From Nitrospirota bacterium (lineage in GTDB: Bacteria > Nitrospirota > Nitrospiria > JACRHA01), in NCBI GenBank assembly GCA_016234185.1, contig JACRHA010000109.1:1-43900 (forward strand): a DNA stretch of 43,900 bases, read 5' to 3'. A program made the position numbers and the translations under genes. How positions within the stretch are numbered: the first letter of the stretch is position 1; each line of letters begins with the position of its first letter. The notes under the pieces were generated by a model. The model was given only the letters and a program-made list of their open reading frames with translations. It ran no database searches and was not told where the DNA came from. This document shows positions 20,818-29,921 of the stretch, in pieces.

Positions 20818-20903
20818 TGTCATCCCCGAATGTTTCTATCGGGGATCCAGAAAATGCATAAGAAAAGACTGGATTCCCGCCCAGAATCGTTGCGGGAATG
20901 ACG
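20818..20903. repeat. (C/T)GTC-tagged REP-like inverted doublet, copy 1
   Basis: TGTCATCCCCGA..TCGGGGATCCAG...CTGGATTCCCGC..GCGGGAATGACG. Confidence 0.85.
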
Positions 20904-20992
20904 TTTTTAAAGTATAGTAATGTTGTGATTATTATAAGACCGTTAATAACATAATTCCGGCAAAAACAATTTTCCGGGCGGAGAGAGGAGAT

Positions 20993-22189
20993 ATGGGTCA
21001 CGTAAGAATATTAAAGATGGACGATGTGGAATTAATGCTCTCAAGGCTCAAACGTGAAGGCATAACCCCGTCCCAGGAAGAGATCAATAAGATTATCCCC
21101 AAGAGATGTATCCTCCTGGTCGAGACCAGGAACCAGGATACGGTCAATATGCTTAAAAAAGAGATGCTCTTTCATGGTGGGTCAGCATACTATGGGGATG
21201 GAAAGGGCCTGCTCCTTTCCGGAAAACAGGATTCCTTCATGCTGCTCGCAGAGAGCATGGAGTTGATCGGCGGAGAGGTATCCGAAGTAGCCCTTGAGAT
21301 CAGGGATTCCATAGTCAGATTCTCAAGAAAGGATTTCGTGATGAGCGGTAGGGGTTTTAGTTTCGACCTTTCCACCAGAACCCATATAATGGGGATATTG
21401 AATGTAACCCCGGATTCGTTCTCAGATGGCGGTCTCTTCGTGGAAGAAGAAAAGGCTGTAGCCCATGCAAAAAAGATGGTAGAAGAGGGTGCAGATATTA
21501 TAGATATTGGAGGCGAATCGACAAGACCTGGCGCAAAGCCTGTTGCTGTGGAAGAAGAAATGAGGAGGGTCATCCCCTTGATCGAGAGGCTTTCAAGCGA
21601 GATAGACGTGCCCATTTCAATCGATACATACAAATCCGAGGTTGCCAGGGCGGCGCTTGAAGCCGGTGCAAGGATCATAAATGATATAAGCGGTCTCAGG
21701 TTTGATCAGGAGATGGCGGGCCTGGCAGCCGGGAAGGAGGCGCCTGTCATCATAATGCATATGAAGGGAACCCCACAAGAGATGCAGGATGCACCATCAT
21801 ATGATTCTGTTATGGGAGAGATCTATTCATTCCTGAAGGAGAGGATTGACTATGCAATCTCTGCCGGTATAAGGTATGAAAAGATAGTCATTGATCCCGG
21901 CATAGGATTCGGAAAGAAGGTCTCCGACAACCTTGTGATATTAGATGCAATAGACGAACTGAGAGGTCTTGGATGTCCGATACTCCTTGGTACATCGAGG
22001 AAATCATTCATAGGAAATATCCTTAGCCTGAACCTTAACCTCAGCCTTCTTCTCGAAGGGACCGCTGCTACGGCGGCAGCAGGGATATTAAAGGGGGTCC
22101 ATATCCTCCGTGTCCATGATGTGGGGCCTATGGTCCAGGTTGCCAGGATGATAGATGCCATAAGGAATAGCAACAGAGGTCAAGGCTGA
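20993..22189 (+). CDS. folP: Dihydropteroate synthase with an N-terminal extension
   Basis: IMGILNVTPDSFSDGG, IGGESTRPG, IDPGIGFGK, SRKSFIG, LRVHDV. Confidence 0.95.
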   Translation: MGHVRILKMDDVELMLSRLKREGITPSQEEINKIIPKRCILLVETRNQDTVNMLKKEMLFHGGSAYYGDGKGLLLSGKQDSFMLLAESMELIGGEVSEVALEIRDSIVRFSRKDFVMSGRGFSFDLSTRTHIMGILNVTPDSFSDGGLFVEEEKAVAHAKKMVEEGADIIDIGGESTRPGAKPVAVEEEMRRVIPLIERLSSEIDVPISIDTYKSEVARAALEAGARIINDISGLRFDQEMAGLAAGKEAPVIIMHMKGTPQEMQDAPSYDSVMGEIYSFLKERIDYAISAGIRYEKIVIDPGIGFGKKVSDNLVILDAIDELRGLGCPILLGTSRKSFIGNILSLNLNLSLLLEGTAATAAAGILKGVHILRVHDVGPMVQVARMIDAIRNSNRGQG

Positions 22190-22235
22190 GGCTGAGGCTG
22201 AGGAAATACTTAACCTTAACCTTCTTCCTCGACAT

Positions 22236-23072
22236 TTGCCTATTATGAAGATAGCGATTGAGACCATCCAAAATCTAAGGTGGCAGGATATACTGGATAT
22301 ACTCCTTGTTGCCTTTATAATCTACAGGCTGATATTGATTATAAAGGGGACACGGACATTTCAGGTGCTTGCCGGCCTTGCCGTACTCCTATTGGTCATT
22401 ATTGTATCCAGGTGGATAGAACTACGTACTATGGACTGGATCTTTACAAAACTCTGGTCCCAGATTGTAATTGTGCTTATCATACTATTTCATCCGGAGA
22501 TAAGAAGGGCGCTTGCACAGATAGGGAAGAACCCATTTAGCAATATTACACCTATGGAGGAATTTAAGACCCTTGAGGAGATTGTGAAGGCCTCTGTCTC
22601 TCTTGCAAATAAGAAGATAGGTGGAATTATTGTCCTTGAACGGGAGATAGACCTGAGGGAGATAGTGGAGATGGGGATACAGCTTGACGCAAAGGTCTCA
22701 AAGGAGATCTTAAACATCATCTTTCTTCCTCAATCGCCGATACATGACGGGGCAGTGATTATAAAAGGGAACCGCATTGTTGCGGCAGGCTGCTTCCTTC
22801 CCTTGAGTCTGAGCCCTGATATAAGCAAGATATTCGGTACGCGTCACAGGGCGGCCATGGGCATAACAGAAGAGACCGATGCAGTGGCAATAGCATTATC
22901 GGAGGAGATGGGGACGATTTCAGTGATAATTGGCGGGAAGATGACGAGGGAGGTAGACGCAGCCACGCTCCGGAGGATCCTCACCAAGATCTTCATTAAA
23001 GAGATGAAGAAAGATGGCCTGCCGATAATTCAAAGATTAAGAAATCTCTTCCCTGAAAGGACTGCAAAATAA
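22236..23072 (+). CDS. cdaA: Membrane diadenylate cyclase (CdaA/DacA)
   Basis: Three TMs, IHDGAVII, GTRHRAA, SEEMGTIS. Confidence 0.92.
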   Translation: MPIMKIAIETIQNLRWQDILDILLVAFIIYRLILIIKGTRTFQVLAGLAVLLLVIIVSRWIELRTMDWIFTKLWSQIVIVLIILFHPEIRRALAQIGKNPFSNITPMEEFKTLEEIVKASVSLANKKIGGIIVLEREIDLREIVEMGIQLDAKVSKEILNIIFLPQSPIHDGAVIIKGNRIVAAGCFLPLSLSPDISKIFGTRHRAAMGITEETDAVAIALSEEMGTISVIIGGKMTREVDAATLRRILTKIFIKEMKKDGLPIIQRLRNLFPERTAK

Positions 23073-23135
23073 TAGATGCAGACCTCAATGTACAAACCCA
23101 TTCAGTCATGGCAGGTATTAGGGGAGGTCTGATTT

Positions 23136-24233
23136 TTAATTGGAGGTATTTGAGAGCGGTGAAAATCCGTCGAGTCTGCTTATTCCGCCTATGGCTCCAA
23201 ACCACCTATATCCCTCCCTGTCTATGGCAACGGTAAAGAGGCTTTCTCCCACTAAACCATCTTTTTCCTTGAAACTACGCCATTTCTCTCCATCCATCAT
23301 GCTGACCCCTCCTTCGGTGGCAGCCCATAAGACTCCGTTCTTATCTATTGTGATGTCTGAGACGAAATTTCCTGCCAATCCATCTCTTACAGAGTAGTTT
23401 TTCCATCCATTTCCGTCAAACCTGCTTATCCCTGCACCCCATGTACCGAACCATTTGTTATTCTTTGAGTCTACTGTTATTGAAAGTACAAAGTTAGGAT
23501 TATATCCTTCAACTGATTTCTCGGGCTCCCGGGTGTGATACCTGCTCTTTACCTCTGTCCTTTCATAATCCCCTATCTCCTTTTTGTTTGCCCCAAGACC
23601 ATTTTCATGGTTATAATTTTTCCAAATCTTTCCGTCGAAGCTGCTTACACCTGCCTCTGTGCCAAACCATTTAATCCCAGTATTATCTATGGCCGCTGCG
23701 TATACCCATTCATCAGGTAGGCCGTCTTCAACTGAGTATGATCTCCATCCCCTCCCGTCGAATATACTCACACCCTTCCAATTTGCAACCCACATAGACC
23801 CGTCGCTATCCCAGACGATATCGTAGACATAGGGGTCAGCAAGGTCAGGGACTGTATATGTCTTAAAAGACTTACCATCAAATCTTGCCAGCCCTCCCCC
23901 ATGGGTCCCAATCCACTTGGCGCCGTCCTTGCCGATCTTAATCGTTGTTATTGCATTTGATATCAAACCGTTCTTCGCATCATACCTCTCTGTTATCCTG
24001 TCTTTTATCATGTCATATTTTAGGAGACCCTTATCAGTACCGACCCAGATAAAATTCTCCTCGAAGGCAAGGGCATATACATTACCATTTATCTGATAGT
24101 TGGTCCAGACAGGCTTCTGGGAATATAATGACCTATCCTGGTCCTTCTTTGCGCACCCTTGAAAGATAAAATAGGTAAGGATCAAAAATAAAAGAATGGA
24201 TATAAACTTGTAACCTTGGTAAGGATTGAACAT
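23136..24233 (-). CDS. Lipoprotein with two-component-regulator beta-propeller repeats
   Basis: Lipobox IFQG-C, repeated D..G.xWxGTxxGxSxFDGxxW..Y...DGL units. Confidence 0.85.
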   Translation of the reverse strand: MFNPYQGYKFISILLFLILTYFIFQGCAKKDQDRSLYSQKPVWTNYQINGNVYALAFEENFIWVGTDKGLLKYDMIKDRITERYDAKNGLISNAITTIKIGKDGAKWIGTHGGGLARFDGKSFKTYTVPDLADPYVYDIVWDSDGSMWVANWKGVSIFDGRGWRSYSVEDGLPDEWVYAAAIDNTGIKWFGTEAGVSSFDGKIWKNYNHENGLGANKKEIGDYERTEVKSRYHTREPEKSVEGYNPNFVLSITVDSKNNKWFGTWGAGISRFDGNGWKNYSVRDGLAGNFVSDITIDKNGVLWAATEGGVSMMDGEKWRSFKEKDGLVGESLFTVAIDREGYRWFGAIGGISRLDGFSPLSNTSN

Positions 24234-24303
24234 TTAAAGCCTTTTAGAATAAGTTTATACCCCACTCAGGAAGCATATGTCAAGCCGACGCACTAAGAAA
24301 ATC

Positions 24304-24393
24304 TGTCATTCCCGAATGATCCTATCGGGAATCTAGGTATATTTCTTCGAAACTTCAAAACCAGATCCCCGATAAAACATTTCGGGGATGACA
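24304..24393. repeat. TGTC-tagged REP-like inverted doublet, copy 2
   Basis: TGTCATTCCCGA..TCGGGAATCT...AGATCCCCGA..TCGGGGATGACA. Confidence 0.85.
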
Positions 24394-24492
24394 TCTTAGG
24401 GGTCGGGGATGGCATAAAACGCACTGCAATCCCTGTTCTTGTAATAATACTCTATTCCGTAGGGCAACGGTGCAGTATGATATAATAAAAAA

Positions 24493-25977
24493 ATGTGTTT
24501 TGATAATATCAACACTATTGCACTGAGGCCTCTGGTAGAATCAGATCTCTGTTTTAAATGTGATGTCTGTTGCAGGTTTATTGATAAAGAATCCCCGTTG
24601 CGGCCGTATTTTTCAAGGGATGAGATAGGGAGGCTGATTAATGCCGGGAATTCTCCTGTGCCATTCAAAAGGCTGGATGGCTGCAAGATAGATCTGATAC
24701 CTTATGGGAATTTGCATATTTGTCCTTTTTTCGATCCCGAAGAAAATAAGTGTACCATATATGAAATGAGGCCCCTTGATTGCAAGATATATCCGGTGGC
24801 TGTCATGAGGGCCTGTAATGAGGCATGTCTTTTTATCGGTCTGGACACAAAGTGTCCAATTTCCGAAGATGTGAGGCATGATGATGTCAGGTATTGCGCT
24901 GATTTTATCTCATCATTGGATGATTATGAGGCAGTCTTGGGCATAATTGGCGATTATCAGGAAGATGTGAAGGTCATCATATCTCTCGGAGGGGGACAAC
25001 GTCCCCCATACGTTCACCCATGTAGGGGCGACCCTGTGTGGTCGCCCAGGGCAGGCACACAGGCCTGCCCCTACGAGATCCCATCTTATCTCAAAAAGCT
25101 TAGCATAGAGGATAAGCCGGTCTTTGATAAATTCCTCTTCGGCACAAGCAGGCTATCATCCCATTCATTCATTGCAAATTATATCTGGGGAGACCTCCTT
25201 AGCTACTATTGGAAGATAATAGATGGATGCCTCTGTGTCTTTGCGGAATATGACCAAAACATATTTATGCCTATACCTCCGGCAGGCAATAATCCAGGGA
25301 CGGCATCTGCTAAGGCATTTGAGATAATGGCTAAGGTCAATAAAAACCCCTCTGTATCACGGATTGAGGATCTTGATGCTAAGGAATTAAAAGAGATCTT
25401 ATCGCCTGGATACAGGCATGCATTGAAGGGTTGCGAATATATTTACAGGAGGGATGATCTTGTATCGCTTAAAGGCAACCCCTATAAAGGGAAGAGGTCT
25501 TCAGTTAATCGCTTCTTGAGCCGTTTCAATTGTAGCTATGAGCCCTTTCGGACTTCTGATCTTGGTGATTGCCTGTCTCTATATATACGCTGGATGAAGG
25601 AGAGGTATGCGTCAAATCAGGATAATACTTACAGGCATATGCTCTATGATTCATATTCCGCGCACAGAAGGGCAATGAAAGATCATGATGACCTTGATTT
25701 GATAGGCCGGGTAGTCAGGATCAATGGGTATATGGCCGGATATACCTTCGGTTTCAGGTTGGGCCCAGATATTTTTGCAGTCCTGTCTGAGATTGTGGAT
25801 AGGACTGCCAGGGGGCTTCCTCAGTTTATCTTCAGGGAATTATGCAAAGGACTTGAAGGTGTCAGTTTCATAAACACTATGGACGACTCAGGACTTGAGA
25901 GTATAAGAAGGACAAAGCTCTCCTATCACCCAAGCATGCTTGAGCCATCTTATATAGTCGCCCTGGATATTGGATAA
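24493..25977 (+). CDS. YkgJ-type CxxCxxCC cysteine-cluster domain fused to a DUF2156 (GNAT-like) domain
   Basis: CFKCDVCC...CPFF....CTIYEMRPLDCKIYP, EYIYRRDDLVSLKG..YKGKR, INTMDDSGLESIRRTKLSYHP. Confidence 0.85.
   Translation: MCFDNINTIALRPLVESDLCFKCDVCCRFIDKESPLRPYFSRDEIGRLINAGNSPVPFKRLDGCKIDLIPYGNLHICPFFDPEENKCTIYEMRPLDCKIYPVAVMRACNEACLFIGLDTKCPISEDVRHDDVRYCADFISSLDDYEAVLGIIGDYQEDVKVIISLGGGQRPPYVHPCRGDPVWSPRAGTQACPYEIPSYLKKLSIEDKPVFDKFLFGTSRLSSHSFIANYIWGDLLSYYWKIIDGCLCVFAEYDQNIFMPIPPAGNNPGTASAKAFEIMAKVNKNPSVSRIEDLDAKELKEILSPGYRHALKGCEYIYRRDDLVSLKGNPYKGKRSSVNRFLSRFNCSYEPFRTSDLGDCLSLYIRWMKERYASNQDNTYRHMLYDSYSAHRRAMKDHDDLDLIGRVVRINGYMAGYTFGFRLGPDIFAVLSEIVDRTARGLPQFIFRELCKGLEGVSFINTMDDSGLESIRRTKLSYHPSMLEPSYIVALDIG
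24991..25074. repeat. GGGGGAC/GTCCCCC palindrome plus a GTAG-type REP doublet, in frame inside a CDS
   Basis: GTAGGGGCGACC-CTGTGT-GGTCGCCC A GGGCAGGC-ACACAG-GCCTGCCCCTAC at 25022-25074. Confidence 0.9.
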
Positions 25978-25985
25978 TTGATTAT

Positions 25986-26366
25986 CTAATCCTCGGCAAG
26001 GTGGATAATGATTTCCTTCTCGTTGATGAGCCAAATATCCAGATCCGGGTCTCCATCTAAGTTTCCTTCGGCCCTGGCTGTAAATTTATTAGGATCTGAG
26101 ATGGGTTCAATGGCAATCGTATAGTAATTTAAGGGTTGCATAGGCGAGAATCCTATTTCAGAGATGCTGTCGGAATAGCGATCATGGTCTGCGAAATACA
26201 TCCTTTCAAGCCTTACGATCTCTTTCAGTGCGAGCTGTGCCTCTACCTGTTTTGCCTTCTTTAAGAAATATTGATATATAGGGATGGCGATTCCCATCAA
26301 AATAGCGGTAATTAAGAGCACTAATACCAGCTCTATAAGGGTAAAGCCCTTATCTTTTCTCTTCAT
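25986..26366 (-). CDS. Type IV pilin (PilE/PilA-like)
   Basis: KG|FTLIEL prepilin site, E5, P22, KAKQVEA. 119 aa mature. Confidence 0.92.
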   Translation of the reverse strand: MKRKDKGFTLIELVLVLLITAILMGIAIPIYQYFLKKAKQVEAQLALKEIVRLERMYFADHDRYSDSISEIGFSPMQPLNYYTIAIEPISDPNKFTARAEGNLDGDPDLDIWLINEKEIIIHLAED

Positions 26367-26961
26367 TTTGACCTGATAGCTTAAACCTTTTCAGTAGATC
26401 CCTGATCTCCTTATTCTTTTCGGCAATCCTTTCCATTCTTTCAATCAGATCCTGCCTGTTATTTAAGCCATCTGAACTACTTAAATCCGTCAGGATCCCC
26501 TGGAGATCTGCCCCCACATCCCTCTCCACCCTCTTTATATTCATCATTGATTTGTCTATGTTTCCCAATAGCTGATTTAAGAGGTTGGCAAGCTCCTTCA
26601 GGTCATCTCCTTTTCTGAGTCTGATCCTCACTGAGAGGTCGCCGCCTATCACATCTTTAGCCGTCTTTTCAAACCTGTATATTGGGCCTGCAAGTTTATG
26701 TGTGATATATACACTTATAATAGCGAGGATAGAGATGCTTATGGCGATTGCAGGCCATATCCTTTCGCCCAGCACTATATACTGCATGGCCGCCTGTGCC
26801 TTCTCTTCAAGGGACGAGCCTGAGATGAGCGTTATTGCCGGCGGGAGAAAGAGGATTATGACTATCAGGAATGTATATGTGGCGAGGAGGATAGCAGTGA
26901 GGAGCGCATACTTCTTCTGGATAGGATGGATATAGAACCTTCGTCGTTTAAAAAGCCCCAA
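26350..26961 (-). CDS. Two-TM HAMP-domain protein with a short coiled-coil tail
   Basis: THKLAGPIYRFE...GDLSVRIRLRKGDDLKELA. GAGGGG RBS before the TTG at 26961. Confidence 0.8.
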   Translation of the reverse strand: MGLFKRRRFYIHPIQKKYALLTAILLATYTFLIVIILFLPPAITLISGSSLEEKAQAAMQYIVLGERIWPAIAISISILAIISVYITHKLAGPIYRFEKTAKDVIGGDLSVRIRLRKGDDLKELANLLNQLLGNIDKSMMNIKRVERDVGADLQGILTDLSSSDGLNNRQDLIERMERIAEKNKEIRDLLKRFKLSGQNEEKR

Positions 26962-26975
26962 ATATAAACCCCCTC

Positions 26976-27992
26976 TTAGATGGTCATTAATTTTTTTCTT
27001 AACAATAACATTTCCAGTGCAATAGACGCTGCCCATGCCAGCTTCTTAATGAAATCTATTTCGGAGATCCCCTTGCCGGACTTAATATTGTCCCCATATA
27101 AGATTGCCACGACCTGATCTTTTATTGTAAGGGGTATTGCAATTACCTCCTTTGGAAAGCGATCGTCAATCCTTTTCAGGAGGATCTGATTTCCCTGGGT
27201 AGCGATGAGTGGACCGCTATAAGGTTCTTTACTCTCAATAACGTCAAGGAAGATCGACGGCTGGTCAAGTCTGATCTCAAGGCCTTCCAGCGTCTCCTTC
27301 TCAGTATGAGACGGATGTGCCCTCCACCCTGATACAACCCCCTTCTTAACTATAAATATTATAGCCCTGTCAAGGACAAGGCCTATATTCTTCATCAAGA
27401 TCCCTATGATCTCCTCCCTCTCCTTTGTTTGAAGGAGGTCTTCCTTTGCTGTCTTGAGGTATGTGTCAAGCTCTTCAGGGGTGAGTTTCTTCTGTTCTGT
27501 TATATCCTCTTCTGTTAACCTCTTCCTCTCCTCATCAAGGATCGATATATATCGCAATTTCCTGCTCACCTGATAATATTTCTCCAGTGCAAACTGGATC
27601 CTTGCCTCTGCTGCAATAGATGTCTTGATTGCACAATTTGTCATAAAACCGATCTCATTTATCGCATCAAAATCTGTCGGGTCCAGCATGGCAACATGCA
27701 GGGTATTCTTCTCTTTTCGCAGCGGGATTATATTAAATTTTCTGGCCAGATCACGTGTAATGAGCCTTAATGCATCGGGATCTATCTGGTCAAAATCCTT
27801 GGGTCTTGCAAAGGGTATATTTAACCTTCTGCTTAAGAAGCCTGCAAGCTCCTCTTCGCTTAGATATCCAAGCTCTATGAGATTTGTGCCAAGGCGGCCG
27901 CCTACTGTAAGCTGTCTTTCAAGGACATGGGCAAGCTCTTCCTCTGTTATAAGGCCCTCCTTCACAAGAAGATCCCCAAGTTTTTCAGTCAA
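26976..27992 (-). CDS. MshEN/GspE N-terminal + GAF-like protein without an ATPase domain
   Basis: KLGDLLVKEGLI..EL..VLERQ, RLGTNLIELG, LHVAMLDP, C-terminal AILYGDN. No Walker A. The start could be as far as 28040. Confidence 0.85.
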   Translation of the reverse strand: MTEKLGDLLVKEGLITEEELAHVLERQLTVGGRLGTNLIELGYLSEEELAGFLSRRLNIPFARPKDFDQIDPDALRLITRDLARKFNIIPLRKEKNTLHVAMLDPTDFDAINEIGFMTNCAIKTSIAAEARIQFALEKYYQVSRKLRYISILDEERKRLTEEDITEQKKLTPEELDTYLKTAKEDLLQTKEREEIIGILMKNIGLVLDRAIIFIVKKGVVSGWRAHPSHTEKETLEGLEIRLDQPSIFLDVIESKEPYSGPLIATQGNQILLKRIDDRFPKEVIAIPLTIKDQVVAILYGDNIKSGKGISEIDFIKKLAWAASIALEMLLLRKKLMTI

Positions 27993-28065
27993 TTCTTCCA
28001 CCGTCACTAGTAGAGATGCATTATTTTTATAAATTATCATATTAAGGACTACAAAGACAATTAGT

Positions 28066-29871
28066 TTACTGTGGCGCTACCTCACGCCAGCTTACGACCT
28101 CCTTCTTTGGGTTACGCGCTATAAACATAAAATTTCGCATCCTGTCATCGTAGTTCAACGTAAGACCGATCTTTGCCGGATCATAGTTTACAGCATGGCC
28201 ATCAGGGCCAGGGATCAATATCCCTATATCAGCACTGACCAATGCCCCATTAACCGTTGTCTTTTTTTGCCCCACCTTATTTATTCCAAAGATGGCATTG
28301 CTGGTATAAATAAGGGTATCAATCTGTGATATCCCGGTAGTGAGATCAAGGAAGGAGCCGGCATACTCATTCGTTGTTATCCACTTATTTGATGTGTAGG
28401 TTTCAGGTGTATAAGCAACGACCTCGTCTCCCCCTGCAGGGGTTATAGTCCCTCCATTCTTGCATATAGTCCCATCACTGCATTTATAGTATCTTCGATC
28501 CCCAGAAGGTATACCTGAACTTTCCGTTTTTGAGTTAAATTCCTTAGCCTGCTTATCTATAAAATCACCGCCTCCGGTTGACGCAGTTGCCTTAGGTCTG
28601 TAATCCCCCATAACTACGTTTCCTCCGGCAGCCAGTGCTAATTTATCTGTGGATGCATCACTATATGTCACCGCCCCTGCCAGATAGATATTCCCGCCTG
28701 TATAGATATTCCCGGCCCCTTTCACGCACCCCTTTATAACGATATCGCCATCTACTACAATAGGACCATCTATCACGATGCAGGAGGCAGTGCCATCCAG
28801 GATCAGGTTGCCTGCATAGGTTTGACTTACCGTTGCAATGGTCGTTGCGCCTGCACCTCCGGAATATGTGCTTCCCGTAGAAACCCCTTTTATTGTTCCC
28901 CCGGTTATAGAGCTACCAGCGCCGTCTTTATAGGCCGCTGCCTGGGTCTTATAAATACTTAGGTCTTCTATCTTGGGCCAGCTTGGATTTCCGTTCGCAT
29001 CGAGTGGGAACCTTGGGTCAGAATAACCTGTGGTAATATCTATGGGCTGCTCATTATTCCCCTCTACTGTACTATAATCTCCATTACCATCAGAATATGC
29101 GCTCACAACCTTCGAATAAAACTTACCGTCACCATCCTTATCCGGATGACCACCGCTATCTACAGCCGTCCCATCAGCCGTTTGATAGACACCGTTGCTA
29201 TCTTTGAAGGGCGCATCCAGATTGGTAATGCCGGCGGTATAGATCTTCCCGTTGATAATTGAGTAGGCCTCATTCTCCTTTCTGATGGTCACACTTTCCA
29301 GGGAGACCACATCGCCATTTATCTGGGCATGACATAAGAGGCATTCGGTATTCTGGGTCAGAACACCATAGGGAAACTCAAAGGATGTATAGGAGAACCT
29401 GACTTTTGCTTCTACTGCCCTCTGAGGTTCATCAGGGTCCACTGACTGGTTGTTATTATTATCGTACCAGCCCGTTGAGATATAGGTCACGACCTTATCA
29501 CCAGTAGCAGGATCAGGGCCGTAGCCGGTCACTGCGACCTTATATCTGTTTTTTGCACCTGTATCAACATTAACCAGGAGAGCGGGAAGGGCCCCAAGGC
29601 CATTGATATAGTTATCCAGGGGTGTAAAACTTACGGTTGTGGCCGATCCAAAACCCGAATCGCGCCAGACGATATTGTTTGCCTTATCTATGCCACCTTC
29701 AGCAAGGAAGAGGAGGCGATTTGCCGACCGTTCGTTTCCCGTAATTGAGATCTCTGTGTTAGATAGATAAAGTGCGGAAAGCCCTATGGCAGTAAGGATA
29801 ACAAGGGCAAGGAGGGCTATTATCAAGGCAAAGCCATCATTATTTTTCAAGCTAATTTTTATCTTTTTCAT
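28066..29871 (-). CDS. PilX-like minor pilin with a large C-terminal domain and a CxxCH motif
   Basis: DG|FALIIALL (no E5, as in PilX), LFLAEGGI, CLLCH at 29329-29343. GAGGAG RBS. Confidence 0.85.
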   Translation of the reverse strand: MKKIKISLKNNDGFALIIALLALVILTAIGLSALYLSNTEISITGNERSANRLLFLAEGGIDKANNIVWRDSGFGSATTVSFTPLDNYINGLGALPALLVNVDTGAKNRYKVAVTGYGPDPATGDKVVTYISTGWYDNNNNQSVDPDEPQRAVEAKVRFSYTSFEFPYGVLTQNTECLLCHAQINGDVVSLESVTIRKENEAYSIINGKIYTAGITNLDAPFKDSNGVYQTADGTAVDSGGHPDKDGDGKFYSKVVSAYSDGNGDYSTVEGNNEQPIDITTGYSDPRFPLDANGNPSWPKIEDLSIYKTQAAAYKDGAGSSITGGTIKGVSTGSTYSGGAGATTIATVSQTYAGNLILDGTASCIVIDGPIVVDGDIVIKGCVKGAGNIYTGGNIYLAGAVTYSDASTDKLALAAGGNVVMGDYRPKATASTGGGDFIDKQAKEFNSKTESSGIPSGDRRYYKCSDGTICKNGGTITPAGGDEVVAYTPETYTSNKWITTNEYAGSFLDLTTGISQIDTLIYTSNAIFGINKVGQKKTTVNGALVSADIGILIPGPDGHAVNYDPAKIGLTLNYDDRMRNFMFIARNPKKEVVSWREVAPQ

Positions 29872-29921
29872 AGGAATTCTCCTCTTTCTATATTGGAATT
29901 GCATTCCATAAAATCTTTAAT

